Shown here piece by piece: positions 17,034-27,119 of a stretch of 64,000 bases of DNA (its first letter is position 1; the number at the start of each line of letters is the position of its first letter). Source of the DNA: an uncultured Chlorobiaceae bacterium (GTDB lineage: Bacteria; Bacteroidota; Ignavibacteria; UBA10030; SZUA-254); assembly GCA_964520905.1 (NCBI GenBank), contig CAZFQL010000010.1, positions 18,872 to 82,871 on the forward strand. Reading direction: 5' to 3'. The notes below the pieces were generated by a model. The model did no database searches and had not been told where the DNA came from. It saw nothing but the letters and a program-made list of their open reading frames with translations. A program made the translations under genes and the position numbers.

Positions 17034-18956
17034 ATGGAATCAAAAATTAAAATATCTTTTCCCGACGGCAACACCAAAGAATATGATAAGGGTATCACCG
17101 GAGCCGATATCGCTAAGAGCATAAGCTCTGGTCTATTGCGAGAAGCATTAGCAATCGGAGTGAATGCCGAAGTGTGGGATCTTTCAAGAAAGATTGAAAC
17201 TGATGCATCAATAAAGATTTTAAAATGGCAGGATGTGGACGGAAAGGATGCTTACTGGCATAGTTCTTCCCATCTGATGGCAGAAGTGGTTGAATCTCTA
17301 TTCCCCGGAACAAAGTTTGGCATCGGACCATCAATAGATCATGGATTTTATTATGATCTCGACATGGGCAATCATACACTTACACCGGATGATCTTGTAA
17401 AGATAGAACAGAAGATGTTTGAATTCTCGAAAAGAGACACTCCGTTTATCCGGACAGAAAAATCATGGGAAGATGCCGTCGCATATTTTAAACAGAAGAA
17501 CGATCCGTACAAACTTGAATTGTTGGATGACCTAAAGGGTCAGCAAATAAGTTTTTACACTCATGGGAATTTTACCGATCTATGTTCAGGACCGCATATT
17601 CCTTCGACCGGAAGAATCAAAGCGATCAAACTTCTCAGTGTTGCCGGCGCATACTGGCGTGGGAGCGAAAAGAATAAAATGCTTCAGCGTATTTACGGAA
17701 TTAGTTTCCCATCCCAGAAAGATCTCGATGAATACATCTTCAGAATCGAGGAAGCAAAGCGCCGCGATCACAGGAAGCTCGGCAAAGAACTTGAATTATT
17801 TGTCTTTCATGATATCGCTCCGGGCGCGCCGTTCTGGCTGCCGAAGGGAATGATCATGTTCCGCGAGCTTGAAAAATACCTGCGTGAAGAACTAGATCAT
17901 AACGGTTATCAGGAGATCAGCACGCCGATTCTTGTAAAAAAAGATTTATGGGAACAATCGGGTCACTGGGCACATTACCGCGATAATATGTTTTTAGTCG
18001 AATGCGACGAGACAACTTACGCTCTTAAACCGATGAATTGTCCTGAAAGTACATATATTTATCGGAACAAAATCCGCAGCTACAAAGACCTCCCGCTGCG
18101 ATATTCGGAGATTGGGCGTCTGCACCGGAACGAAATATCCGGCGCACTCGGTGGAATGTTCCGCGTTCGCCAAATTACAATGGACGATGCTCACATATAT
18201 TGCCGTCCCGACCAGATTCTTGATGAAGTAAATTCGCTCATCGACCTTGTAGCAAAATTTTATGCGGTCTTCGGATTAAAACCGATTTACAATTTATCGA
18301 CCAGACCCGATGAAGCAATGGGCGATCCCAAATTATGGGAACGTGCAGAAGAAAGTTTGAAGCAAGCTCTTGAAGGCAAAAATTTAAAATATAACCTGAA
18401 GCAAAAAGACGGCGCTTTTTACGGACCTAAGATAGACGTTCAGATCGAAGATGCTCTCGGTCGCGAATGGCAGATTGCTACCATCCAGGTTGACTTTGTA
18501 ATGCTGCCTGAGCGATTTGAGCTTGAATATATTGCTGAGGACGGTTCGAGGCAGAGACCCGTTGCAATTCACCGAGCGATATTCGGATCTTTTGAACGTT
18601 TCATGGGAATCATTACCGAGCATTTTGCCGGCGCTTTCCCAATCTGGTTATCGCCCGTTCAGGCTGTGGTATTGCCTATTACAGATGCGCATATGGAATA
18701 TGCTAATAAGGTCGCGAGCGCTCTACGATCAGCAAATGTGAGAGTTGAACTCGATGACCGAAATGAAAAAGTGAACTACAAAATTCGTGAATGGGAAACA
18801 AAGAAAACCCCGTACATGTTGATTGTTGGCGAGAAAGAGAAATCGAATAATTCTGTCGCTGTTCGTCAACATACTAAGGGAGATTTAGGACCGATGATAC
18901 TTGAAGCTTTCATTCAAAAAATTGCAAAAGAAATTTCAGAAAAATCATTAACTTAA
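17034..18956 (+). CDS. thrS: Threonine--tRNA ligase
   Basis: 640 aa with TGS domain, second additional domain (WHSSSHLMAEVV), class II core (FRVRQITMDDAHIY) and anticodon-binding domain. Confidence 0.96.
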   Translation: MESKIKISFPDGNTKEYDKGITGADIAKSISSGLLREALAIGVNAEVWDLSRKIETDASIKILKWQDVDGKDAYWHSSSHLMAEVVESLFPGTKFGIGPSIDHGFYYDLDMGNHTLTPDDLVKIEQKMFEFSKRDTPFIRTEKSWEDAVAYFKQKNDPYKLELLDDLKGQQISFYTHGNFTDLCSGPHIPSTGRIKAIKLLSVAGAYWRGSEKNKMLQRIYGISFPSQKDLDEYIFRIEEAKRRDHRKLGKELELFVFHDIAPGAPFWLPKGMIMFRELEKYLREELDHNGYQEISTPILVKKDLWEQSGHWAHYRDNMFLVECDETTYALKPMNCPESTYIYRNKIRSYKDLPLRYSEIGRLHRNEISGALGGMFRVRQITMDDAHIYCRPDQILDEVNSLIDLVAKFYAVFGLKPIYNLSTRPDEAMGDPKLWERAEESLKQALEGKNLKYNLKQKDGAFYGPKIDVQIEDALGREWQIATIQVDFVMLPERFELEYIAEDGSRQRPVAIHRAIFGSFERFMGIITEHFAGAFPIWLSPVQAVVLPITDAHMEYANKVASALRSANVRVELDDRNEKVNYKIREWETKKTPYMLIVGEKEKSNNSVAVRQHTKGDLGPMILEAFIQKIAKEISEKSLT

Positions 18957-18969
18957 TAGGAGTACAGCC

Positions 18970-19530
18970 ATAAAAGAATCAAACCGTATCCGCCTTAATG
19001 AAGAAATCCGGACAGCGCAGGTCAGAGTCATTGATGAAAAAGGTCAAGTCGGGGTGATGCATCCAGCCGAGGCAGTTAAGATTGCTAGGCAAAGAGGGCT
19101 TGATTTAATCGAGATAGTTCCAAATGCAACTCCTCCGGTCTGTAAGATAATGGATTTCGGAAAGTTTAAATACGAGCAAACTAAAAAAGACAAACTCCAA
19201 AAAAAACATCAGCATGTTACGCAGTTAAAAGAACTCCGGTTCCATCCGAATACTGATGTCCATGATTTTGAATTTAAAACACGCCACGCTCGGAATTTTT
19301 TGGAGGAAGGTCATAAAGTAAAAGCGACTGTAGTTTTCAAAGGTAGAGAAATAACTTATAAGGAACAGGGCGAAGAACTTTTACAACGTTTAGCGGAAAG
19401 ATTAACAGACGTAGGGAAAGTCGATCAAGTTGCAAAACTCGAAGGTCGCAGCATGGCAATGATATTCGCGCCTGAAAAAGGTCCTAAGAAGAAAGCTGAA
19501 AAAAAATCGAAACCAACAGAAGATAAATGA
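18970..19530 (+). CDS. infC: Translation initiation factor IF-3, inferred non-AUG (ATA) start
   Basis: The frame upstream of the first ATG (19054) continues as [30 protein letters not shown], which is the conserved IF-3 N-domain. A GGAG lies 7 nt upstream of the ATA at 18970. No ATG/GTG/TTG occurs in frame between the thrS stop and that point. Confidence 0.8.
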   Translation: MKESNRIRLNEEIRTAQVRVIDEKGQVGVMHPAEAVKIARQRGLDLIEIVPNATPPVCKIMDFGKFKYEQTKKDKLQKKHQHVTQLKELRFHPNTDVHDFEFKTRHARNFLEEGHKVKATVVFKGREITYKEQGEELLQRLAERLTDVGKVDQVAKLEGRSMAMIFAPEKGPKKKAEKKSKPTEDK

Positions 19531-19543
19531 AAGAAAAATCGCT

Positions 19544-19738
19544 ATGCCAAAGATGAAATCAACATCAGGAGCAAAAAAACGCTTCAAGAAAACAGCGTCG
19601 GGAAACTATAAACGACATAAAGCGTTCAGGAGTCATATCCTATCGTCAAAATCGTCTAAAAGAAAACGTCACCTGAGAAAATCGACATTGATCTCAGAGC
19701 AAGAACGGAAAAAAATGGATATGATGATCCAGAGTTGA
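19544..19738 (+). CDS. rpmI: 50S ribosomal protein L35
   Basis: [33 protein letters not shown] is a typical L35 sequence. Confidence 0.93.
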   Translation: MPKMKSTSGAKKRFKKTASGNYKRHKAFRSHILSSKSSKRKRHLRKSTLISEQERKKMDMMIQS

Positions 19739-19816
19739 CGGATCTCTTATCTAAAAAATTTTGTAGTTAACATAATCAACAACACTTAAACATGAGGAAA
19801 GGAGCAAAGAGCAACT

Positions 19817-20164
19817 ATGCCGCGTTCGCAGAATAAAGTTGCCTCCCACCGCCGCCGCAAGCGCATTTTAGCGCGTGCAAAAGGCTACTGGGGTGCGAGA
19901 AGTAAAGTCCTCACGGTAGCGAAACACCATATTGATAAAGCTGGTCAACACGCATACCGTGGAAGGAAATTAAAGAAAAGGGAATTCCGAACTCTTTGGA
20001 TTGCAAGGATTAATGCCGCAGCCCGCTTAAACGGGACGACATATTCCAGATTGATTACTGCCTTGAACAAAAAGGGAGTAGGAATTAATAGAAAAGTATT
20101 GTCAGATCTGGCATCTCGGAGTCCTGAGACATTTGCCGAAGTTGTAAAATTCGCATTGGCATAA
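19817..20164 (+). CDS. rplT: 50S ribosomal protein L20
   Basis: [30 protein letters not shown]...[10 protein letters not shown] is a typical L20 sequence. Confidence 0.95.
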   Translation: MPRSQNKVASHRRRKRILARAKGYWGARSKVLTVAKHHIDKAGQHAYRGRKLKKREFRTLWIARINAAARLNGTTYSRLITALNKKGVGINRKVLSDLASRSPETFAEVVKFALA

Positions 20165-20193
20165 TAATCTTCACATCATAAATTGCAAATGAC

Positions 20194-20220
20194 GGCGGGT
20201 AAATCCCCGCCCTCGTTTGT
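20194..20220 (+). terminator. Weak hairpin between rplT and pheS (possible attenuator/terminator)
   Basis: GGCGGG (20194-20199) / CCCGCC (20206-20211) followed by TCGTTTGT. The T-run is weak. Confidence 0.3.
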
Positions 20221-20269
20221 CAATTACAATTATGGTGGAAGATTTTTTATTTCATACATTGGTAGTACC

Positions 20270-21280
20270 ATGTTAAATAAAATTGAAAAAATCAAACAAT
20301 CTGCTATAGATGATATTCAGACAATCCGCTCACTCTCGGATCTCGATAATTATCGTATCAAGTACCTTGCGCGTAAGGGATTAGTTGCCGATCTTTTCGA
20401 CGAATTACGAAATGTTTCTACCGGCGAGAGACCGCATATTGGGAAAATAGCTAATGAACTTCGTAATCAGGTTCAATCGCTTTTTGATGAGAAAAAACAA
20501 AACTTGGAATCCAATGTCAAGCAGGAACAAAAAGGATTAGACCTTACCCTGCCAGGGCGATTGCGTTGGGTTGGCACTCAACATCCGTTAACGCAAACTC
20601 TGGATGAGATTAAACGGATATTTTTTAGGATGGGTTTTGGCGTGGCGACCGGACCGGAAATTGAAGACGATTATCATAATTTTGAAGCATTGAATTTCCC
20701 CTCTGACCATCCAGCACGCGATATGCAGGATACTTTTTTTATTTCGGATAAAGTTCTGCTTAGAACTCATACATCTCCCGCACAGATCAGGGTAATGGAA
20801 AATCAGCCGCCGCCAGTGCGAGTAATAATTCCCGGTAGGGTTTATCGGAATGAAGCGGTAAGCGCCAGGAGTTATTGCCTTTTCCATCAAGTTGAAGGAT
20901 TGTATGTCGACGAAGGCGTTACATTTAGTGAATTAAAAGGAACTCTGGTTGCTTTTGCGAAAGAGTTCTACGGTAATGATATTAAATATAGATTTCGCCC
21001 GAGTTTCTTTCCATTCACCGAGCCGAGCGCCGAAATGGATATCACCTGTTTTCTCTGTAAGGGAAAAGGTTGTCGGATGTGCAAGCAGACAGGGTGGTTG
21101 GAAATTCTTGGGTGTGGTATGGTTGATCCTAATGTTTATAAGTTTGTCGGCTATGACCCGGAAAAATATTCCGGATATGCTTTTGGTATGGGGATTGAAC
21201 GAATAACTCTTTTAAGATACGGTATCGACGACATCCGGATTTTATTTGAGAATGATGTTAGATTTCTCAGACAATTTTAA
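20270..21280 (+). CDS. pheS: Phenylalanine--tRNA ligase alpha subunit
   Basis: Class II motifs are present (HPARDMQDTFF, RTHTSPAQIR, FRPSFFPFTEPSAEMD, GMGIERI). The ATG at 20270 (MLNKIEKIK) was chosen over the upstream TTG extension, which overlaps the hairpin. Confidence 0.93.
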   Translation: MLNKIEKIKQSAIDDIQTIRSLSDLDNYRIKYLARKGLVADLFDELRNVSTGERPHIGKIANELRNQVQSLFDEKKQNLESNVKQEQKGLDLTLPGRLRWVGTQHPLTQTLDEIKRIFFRMGFGVATGPEIEDDYHNFEALNFPSDHPARDMQDTFFISDKVLLRTHTSPAQIRVMENQPPPVRVIIPGRVYRNEAVSARSYCLFHQVEGLYVDEGVTFSELKGTLVAFAKEFYGNDIKYRFRPSFFPFTEPSAEMDITCFLCKGKGCRMCKQTGWLEILGCGMVDPNVYKFVGYDPEKYSGYAFGMGIERITLLRYGIDDIRILFENDVRFLRQF

Positions 21281-21294
21281 TCGAATATCATTTT

Positions 21295-23733
21295 ATGCGT
21301 ATTTCTTTAAATTGGCTCAAACAATATATTGACTTAACAATTTCACCGTCAGAACTCGCGCACCATCTTACGATGGTAGGGCTTGAGGTTGAAAATATTG
21401 AATATTTGGGTGAAAAGTACAAAAACTTCTTCGTGGGTGAAGTCCTGAAAGTGGAAAAACATCCCAAAGCGGATGAGCTGGTTATTTGTGAAGTTAGTAC
21501 CGGAAGTGAAAAATATCAGATAGTCTGTGGTGCTCCTAATGTTACATCAGGTCAAAAGGTAGCAGTTGGATTAATTGGCGCTACAGTCCCACGCAACCAG
21601 CATGATCCAGATGGTAAACCGTTCACACTCTCTCAGGTTAAATTACGTGGCGTGGATTCTTTTGGTATGATCTGTTCTGAATATGAACTTGAACTCGGAG
21701 AAGATAAAGAAGGTATTATGGTGTTACCCCCGGATACGATAGCCGGAATACCATTGGCGGAATATCTACATCTTGATGATATCATATTTGAAGTTGGTAT
21801 TACTCCTAATCGTCCGGATGCGATGAGTCATCTCGGAATTGCCAGGGAAGTGGGAGCATTACTAAATCGTGAGTTGAAGATACCAAAAATTGAGTTGAAA
21901 GAGAGTAATGAGCCGATCTCGAAGTTCGCAACGGTTGATGTACTAGACTCTGTGAATTGTCCACGATACACGGCACGAGTTGTAATGGATATGAAGATAG
22001 GACCATCTCCTGAATGGATGCAGAATAGATTGAAGGCAGTTGATATTAGACCCGTTAATAACATCGTTGATATAACTAATTATGTTTTAATGGAATGCGG
22101 TCATCCACTTCATGCCTTTGATTGCGATAAAATTTTCGATCACAAGATAATTGTGAAGTGTGCGACTAACAAGGAATCGTTCACCACACTTGACCATAAG
22201 GTCCGAATACTACAATCAGATACTTTAATGATATGCGACGGTAAATTGCCTATTGCAATTGCCGGAGTAATGGGTGGTGAGAACACAGAAATATCTGATG
22301 CAACAACTAAAATAATCCTTGAGAGCGCATATTTTAATCCTCGGAGTATCCGGCGTACATCGAAGTATTTTGGATTTAATACGGATGCTTCTCAACGATT
22401 TGAACGCGGGGCAGATCCCAATATCACGACTTGGGCTGTGGATAGAGCTGCTCAACTCATCAATGAGATTTGCGGTGGTAAAACATTACAAGGCAGGATT
22501 GATACATATCCGGAGCGAATTTCAGAGAAAGAAATTAATTTAAGAATTAAGACAACGAATGATGTGTTAGGGCTATCGCTTTCAGCTACAACGATTTCCG
22601 ACTTGCTTAGTAAATTTGGAATTCAACTAATTGATGATGGAAGCAAAAATTCGGCAAAGGATATATTGCGATTCAGTGTGCCAACTTTTCGCCCAGATAT
22701 TGAGCGTGAAATAGATTTGATCGAAGAAGTAGCAAGAGCTTATGGTTATGACAATATTGAGTTAAAAATGACATCATCTGTTCACTTCTTGCACGACCAT
22801 CATTCATTTGAATATATTGATGAACTTCGTCAGCATATTATTGGTTGCGGAATGATGGAAGTTGTCACAAATAGCATGCAAGATGTATCGGTTGCGTCTT
22901 TAACGACGGATAATATTGTAAAAATTGCTAATCCTATCAGTAAAGACATGGAAGCGATGAGATCGAGTCTAATACCGAGTTTACTCGATATCATACACCA
23001 TAATATCGATCATGGCATTGCGAATCTACGCTTATTTGAAATCGGTAAGGTATACTTTCACAATCATACTCCCAATGAATTTCAAGTAATTAGGGGATAT
23101 TCAGAGAAAGATCGAGTTGTTTTCGCTTTTTCCGGGAATGCATATCCTTCATCATGGGATCAAAAACCACGTTCTCTTGATATTTTTGATATTAAGGGTG
23201 AAATTTTAACTTTGTTTGAAAAAATTTCGCTTGACAATATTAAATTTATTCCTTATTCTACTACCGATGCTTTAACTGAATACGGTCTAACTGTTGAAAT
23301 TAATGGAGAGTATGCTGGTTTAATTGGTGTGATTCGTTCTGTTATACTTTCCAAATTTAAAATTGAGCAAGATGTTATTATCTCAGAATTTAACGTTAAC
23401 GTACTTGAAAGAAATCGTTCAAAGAAAAAGCAGTTCAAGGCTTTGCCAAAGTTTCCGGTAGTTACAAGAGATATAGCGATAGTAGTTGATGATGTACTTG
23501 AGATCGAAAAAATTGAAAGTGAAATAAAATCAGCTGGCGGAAAAATATTAACCAAGCTTCAGTTGTTCGATATTTACACAGGTGATCAGATTAGTCAGGG
23601 GAAAAAAAGCTGTGCTTATGGTTTAGAATTAATGGCAGAAGATCATACTATGACACAAGATGAAATCGATAAGGTCATGCAAAAAATAATAGATCGAATT
23701 CAAAATAATCTTAACGGAACAATCCGCAAATAG
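21295..23733 (+). CDS. pheT: Phenylalanine--tRNA ligase beta subunit
   Basis: 812 aa with N-terminal tRNA-binding OB domain (FFVGEVLKVEKHPKADEL), B3/4 and B5 domains, and FDX-ACB C-terminal domain. Confidence 0.95.
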   Translation: MRISLNWLKQYIDLTISPSELAHHLTMVGLEVENIEYLGEKYKNFFVGEVLKVEKHPKADELVICEVSTGSEKYQIVCGAPNVTSGQKVAVGLIGATVPRNQHDPDGKPFTLSQVKLRGVDSFGMICSEYELELGEDKEGIMVLPPDTIAGIPLAEYLHLDDIIFEVGITPNRPDAMSHLGIAREVGALLNRELKIPKIELKESNEPISKFATVDVLDSVNCPRYTARVVMDMKIGPSPEWMQNRLKAVDIRPVNNIVDITNYVLMECGHPLHAFDCDKIFDHKIIVKCATNKESFTTLDHKVRILQSDTLMICDGKLPIAIAGVMGGENTEISDATTKIILESAYFNPRSIRRTSKYFGFNTDASQRFERGADPNITTWAVDRAAQLINEICGGKTLQGRIDTYPERISEKEINLRIKTTNDVLGLSLSATTISDLLSKFGIQLIDDGSKNSAKDILRFSVPTFRPDIEREIDLIEEVARAYGYDNIELKMTSSVHFLHDHHSFEYIDELRQHIIGCGMMEVVTNSMQDVSVASLTTDNIVKIANPISKDMEAMRSSLIPSLLDIIHHNIDHGIANLRLFEIGKVYFHNHTPNEFQVIRGYSEKDRVVFAFSGNAYPSSWDQKPRSLDIFDIKGEILTLFEKISLDNIKFIPYSTTDALTEYGLTVEINGEYAGLIGVIRSVILSKFKIEQDVIISEFNVNVLERNRSKKKQFKALPKFPVVTRDIAIVVDDVLEIEKIESEIKSAGGKILTKLQLFDIYTGDQISQGKKSCAYGLELMAEDHTMTQDEIDKVMQKIIDRIQNNLNGTIRK

Positions 23734-23744
23734 GAGATTCCACA

Positions 23745-24089
23745 TTGAATTATCAACAGAATGAAATGGATATAGATGTGGCAAAAGATCTAACTAACAT
23801 TGAGAGCGCGCTAAAAAGCTTTTGGGAAAAGGCACATGCAGCTACCGATATCATAGCAAAATATCGACATGAAAACGACATACTTAAGGAAAATCATTCT
23901 GCACTGGACAAAGAAGTAAAGACATTACGCATAGAACTTCTTGAAAAAGAGCAAGAACTCAAAAAATTACATGCGGAGCACAATCGTGTTATTAATGTCG
24001 CTCCCTCTGATGGTTTTGTCCCTGAAGAAAAAGAATATCTAAAAAATAAAATTCGTGAATTATTGGTCAAAATTAATTCACATTTGTAA
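23745..24089 (+). CDS. Coiled-coil protein of unknown function (possible division-associated partner of ZapA)
   Basis: 114 aa with heptad-rich sequence (LKENHSALDKEVKTLRIELLEKEQELKKLHAEH). It lies immediately upstream of zapA. The start is uncertain (TTG 23745 or ATG 23766). Confidence 0.55.
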   Translation: MNYQQNEMDIDVAKDLTNIESALKSFWEKAHAATDIIAKYRHENDILKENHSALDKEVKTLRIELLEKEQELKKLHAEHNRVINVAPSDGFVPEEKEYLKNKIRELLVKINSHL

Positions 24090-24159
24090 GAGTTTTGTAA
24101 ATAAATAAAATATTAATATGTTTAATAAAGGCTGAGTATCCAATACCTCAAAGGTCATT

Positions 24160-24456
24160 ATGACAGCAGAAAGTAAAAGTATTAAGGTAAAAATATTTGG
24201 CTCAGAATACCCGCTTCGAGGTGAGAGTGAAGAATTGACAAAAAAGGTAGCGGGTTACGTTGATCAAATGATCAACACGATACATGAGAAAATTCCAGAA
24301 CAGCCGCCATTAACCGTGGCAGTTCTTTCAGCATTAAATATTACGGAAGATCTATTTAAAGAAAGAGAAAAAAATCGTTCACTTCTTACCCTAATCGAGA
24401 ATGAGATGGGTAAGATTAATGAACATCTCGATGAATGCTTGAAATCGGAATTATAA
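24160..24456 (+). CDS. zapA: Cell division protein ZapA
   Basis: 98 aa. IKVKIFGSEYPLRGESEE...VAVLSALNITEDL fits the ZapA family, and its position after pheT matches that seen in Bacillus. Confidence 0.8.
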   Translation: MTAESKSIKVKIFGSEYPLRGESEELTKKVAGYVDQMINTIHEKIPEQPPLTVAVLSALNITEDLFKEREKNRSLLTLIENEMGKINEHLDECLKSEL

Positions 24457-24506
24457 TCATTTACTTTCTGTTCATTTCCATAATAATGATCGGTGAGGGA
24501 TTTTTT

Positions 24507-24790
24507 AAAAAAACCGCACTGTCAGCCACAGCTAAGGCATAAACGCCTCATGCTGTCGAGTCAAACATATTAAAGAATCTGACAAGTAACTTTAATAGGG
24601 AACTCGACTTTTGGACGTATTATTACAGGCCTCAACCCGTTTAAACGGGATCTGCGAGATGCTGATTTTATTATCATATCACGCAGACAGTGGAAGTAAG
24701 AAACGTTCAGGGGGAGTACCCACCGTGTATATAGCAGAGATTCTTCAATACACAAGACTTAAAGGCTGCGTGCGGTTTATTATTTTACTA
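24507..24790 (+). ncRNA. Candidate structured non-coding RNA (~270 nt, class unknown; 6S-like position downstream of zapA)
   Basis: Long-range closing helix AAACCGCAC-TG-TCAGCC (24511-24527) with GGCTG-C-GTGCGGTTT (24764-24778), followed by a T-rich tract. It encloses several hairpins: 24555-24608 with inner 24569-24596; 24636-24649; 24652-24686; 24725-24753. The 372-nt gap has no credible ORF. Confidence 0.35.
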
Positions 24791-24828
24791 AAATATTCTC
24801 GAACCTATGAATCAGATATGGAGAAATT

Positions 24829-26397
24829 ATGCTCCTTGAAATTTATATTTTAATACCTGCAGTTTTACTTATTATCGGGTTATCATTCGCGATAGGGTGG
24901 TATGTAAGCAATCAAATCGGAAAAACCAGAATAGGCAATGCTGAGGAACGTGCGAAAGCGATCCTTGCTGACGCTGAAAAGGAATCCATTAGTATCAAAA
25001 AAGAAAAACTGCTCGAAGTTAAAGATGAATGGTATCGTAAAAAGCAGGAATTTGAGCAGGAAGCTAATTCAAAGCGTAATAAATTTCAGGTATTTGAAAA
25101 ACAACTTGCCGGAAGAGAAGATAACCTGGAGCGGAAAGTCGAGCTTGTTAACAAAAAAGAAAAAGAGATCACCAACCAAAAACGCAACCTCGATGATAAG
25201 GTGAAGCAGTACGATGACAAACATACCCAACTTAATAAACTTATTCAGGAAGAGAATCAAAGGTTAGAACGTGTCTCGAGCATGTCAAGGGAAGAAGCAA
25301 AAAAGTTGCTGATCGAAAACATGGTCAACGAAGCCAAAACCGAATCGGCACAACTGCTTAAGGAAATACGCGATAATTCTAAATTAGAAGCGAAAAAGGA
25401 AGCCCAAAAAATTGTTATACAATCGATTCAGCGCACCGCTGCCGATCATTGTGTCGAGACGACTGTTAGTGTAGTCCAGATTCAGAACGATGAGATGAAG
25501 GGACGTATCATCGGAAAAGAAGGACGAAATATCCGGGCTTTTGAAGCTGCAACAGGTGTAGATGTTGTTGTCGACGACACGCCAGAGGCTGTGATTCTAT
25601 CCGGTTTTGATCCTCTCCGTAGAGAAATTGCCAGAATATCTTTAGAACGGTTGATTGCCGATGGAAGAATACATCCCGCCCGAATCGAGGAAGTTGTTGA
25701 AAAAGTTCGTAAAGAACTTGATGAAGAATTATTGCATACTGGAGAAAATGCATTAATTGATACAGGTATTCATGGCGTTAACCAGGAACTTCTTAAACAT
25801 ATCGGACGGATGAAATATAGATCGAGTTACGGACAAAATCTACTATCTCATAGTCTGGAAGTCGCTCATTTAACCGGTTTAATGGCTGCCGAGCTTGGAA
25901 TAGATCCCGTCCTTGCCAGACGCGCCGGCTTATTGCATGACATAGGGAAGACAGTCGAGCGAAATATAGAAGGTCCTCATGCATTGATCGGTTATGATCT
26001 TGTGAAGAAATTCGGAGAGCATCCTGTTGTCATCAATGCAGTCGGTTCCCATCATGAAGATATTCCTATGGAACATCCGATTTCAGCATTAGTCCAAGCC
26101 GCTGACTCTATCAGCGGATCGCGACCCGGAGCGAGACGTGAATCTGTTGAAGCATATGCCAAACGGCTGGAGCAACTGGAAGTTCTTGCAAAATCATTCG
26201 ATGGTGTAGCACAAACTTATGCAATTCAGGCAGGAAGAGAAATCCGTGTAATCGTTGAGCATGATAAGATCGATGATCTGATGGCGGATGTTCTGGCGCA
26301 TGATATCGCAAAAAAGATTCAGCTTGAAATTGGGTATCCCGGACAAATTAAAGTTATTGTTATTAGGGAAACGCGAGCGGTCGCCTATGCAAAATAA
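24829..26397 (+). CDS. rny: Ribonuclease Y
   Basis: 522 aa with N-terminal TM anchor, long coiled coil, KH domain (GRIIGKEGRNIRAFE) and HD domain (LLHDIGK...GSHHE). Confidence 0.95.
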   Translation: MLLEIYILIPAVLLIIGLSFAIGWYVSNQIGKTRIGNAEERAKAILADAEKESISIKKEKLLEVKDEWYRKKQEFEQEANSKRNKFQVFEKQLAGREDNLERKVELVNKKEKEITNQKRNLDDKVKQYDDKHTQLNKLIQEENQRLERVSSMSREEAKKLLIENMVNEAKTESAQLLKEIRDNSKLEAKKEAQKIVIQSIQRTAADHCVETTVSVVQIQNDEMKGRIIGKEGRNIRAFEAATGVDVVVDDTPEAVILSGFDPLRREIARISLERLIADGRIHPARIEEVVEKVRKELDEELLHTGENALIDTGIHGVNQELLKHIGRMKYRSSYGQNLLSHSLEVAHLTGLMAAELGIDPVLARRAGLLHDIGKTVERNIEGPHALIGYDLVKKFGEHPVVINAVGSHHEDIPMEHPISALVQAADSISGSRPGARRESVEAYAKRLEQLEVLAKSFDGVAQTYAIQAGREIRVIVEHDKIDDLMADVLAHDIAKKIQLEIGYPGQIKVIVIRETRAVAYAK

Positions 26398-26461
26398 TAC
26401 CGGTACGTTCAACATCCCACTAACGTGAATTTGCTTAAAGAGGTCTTCTTCTTTTTATTCA

Positions 26462-27115
26462 ATGAGTGCAAAGGTACAGAATAAAATATTTACTGTTGGG
26501 TTGACAGGCGGTATAGGAAGCGGCAAAACCGAAGTCGGGAAAATATTTGAATCCTTTAGCGCAAAATTGATTCGCGCCGATCTCGTCGCCAGGGAGATGA
26601 TCGACTCTGACCCTGCCATAAAACAAAAAATCATCAAGAGTTTCGGCAATGATATTTATTGTCCTGACGGAAAACTCAATCGCCGTGAAATGGCAGAACT
26701 AATATTCCGTAACAGCGACAACCAGAAGATGTTGAACAAAATTGTCCATCCTTATGTTATTAGTTATATAGACGCTGAGAGTAGCCGCTACAAACGAACA
26801 GGAGAGTATCCTCTAATCGTTGTAGAGGCGGCGCTGATTTATGAAGCGCATGCAGAATCGTCATTCGATTACATCATCGTTGTTGAAGCAGACGATAAAA
26901 ATAGAATCAAATGGCTTATGGCGAGAGACCACCTTCAGCGTAATGAGGTGCTAAAACGTTTTGCTTCACAAATACCGCAGAGTGAAAAAACCAAACAAGC
27001 AGATTTTATAATTCAGAATTCAGGAGATTTAAAATCTCTGCATGATAAATGCTCATTTGTTTTCCGGTTGCTTTGCCAGATGTCAAATATGAACTTGATA
27101 CAGAAAGAGATGTAG
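26462..27115 (+). CDS. coaE: Dephospho-CoA kinase
   Basis: P-loop VGLTGGIGSGKTEV and overall CoaE-like layout, 217 aa. Confidence 0.88.
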   Translation: MSAKVQNKIFTVGLTGGIGSGKTEVGKIFESFSAKLIRADLVAREMIDSDPAIKQKIIKSFGNDIYCPDGKLNRREMAELIFRNSDNQKMLNKIVHPYVISYIDAESSRYKRTGEYPLIVVEAALIYEAHAESSFDYIIVVEADDKNRIKWLMARDHLQRNEVLKRFASQIPQSEKTKQADFIIQNSGDLKSLHDKCSFVFRLLCQMSNMNLIQKEM

Positions 27116-27119
27116 AAAA

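Noticed and set aside
24507-24790. Whether the structured region is RNase P RNA, tmRNA or SRP RNA.
   Set aside because: I could not find the universally conserved RNase P GGAAAGUCC-type P4 sequence, the tmRNA tRNA-like ends and tag ORF, or the SRP domain IV GGAAG..AGCA motif.
24611-24853. An 80-aa ORF in the zapA-rny gap.
   Set aside because: It overlaps the rny start, has no ribosome-binding site, has odd composition, and coincides with the hairpin-rich region that is better explained as RNA structure.
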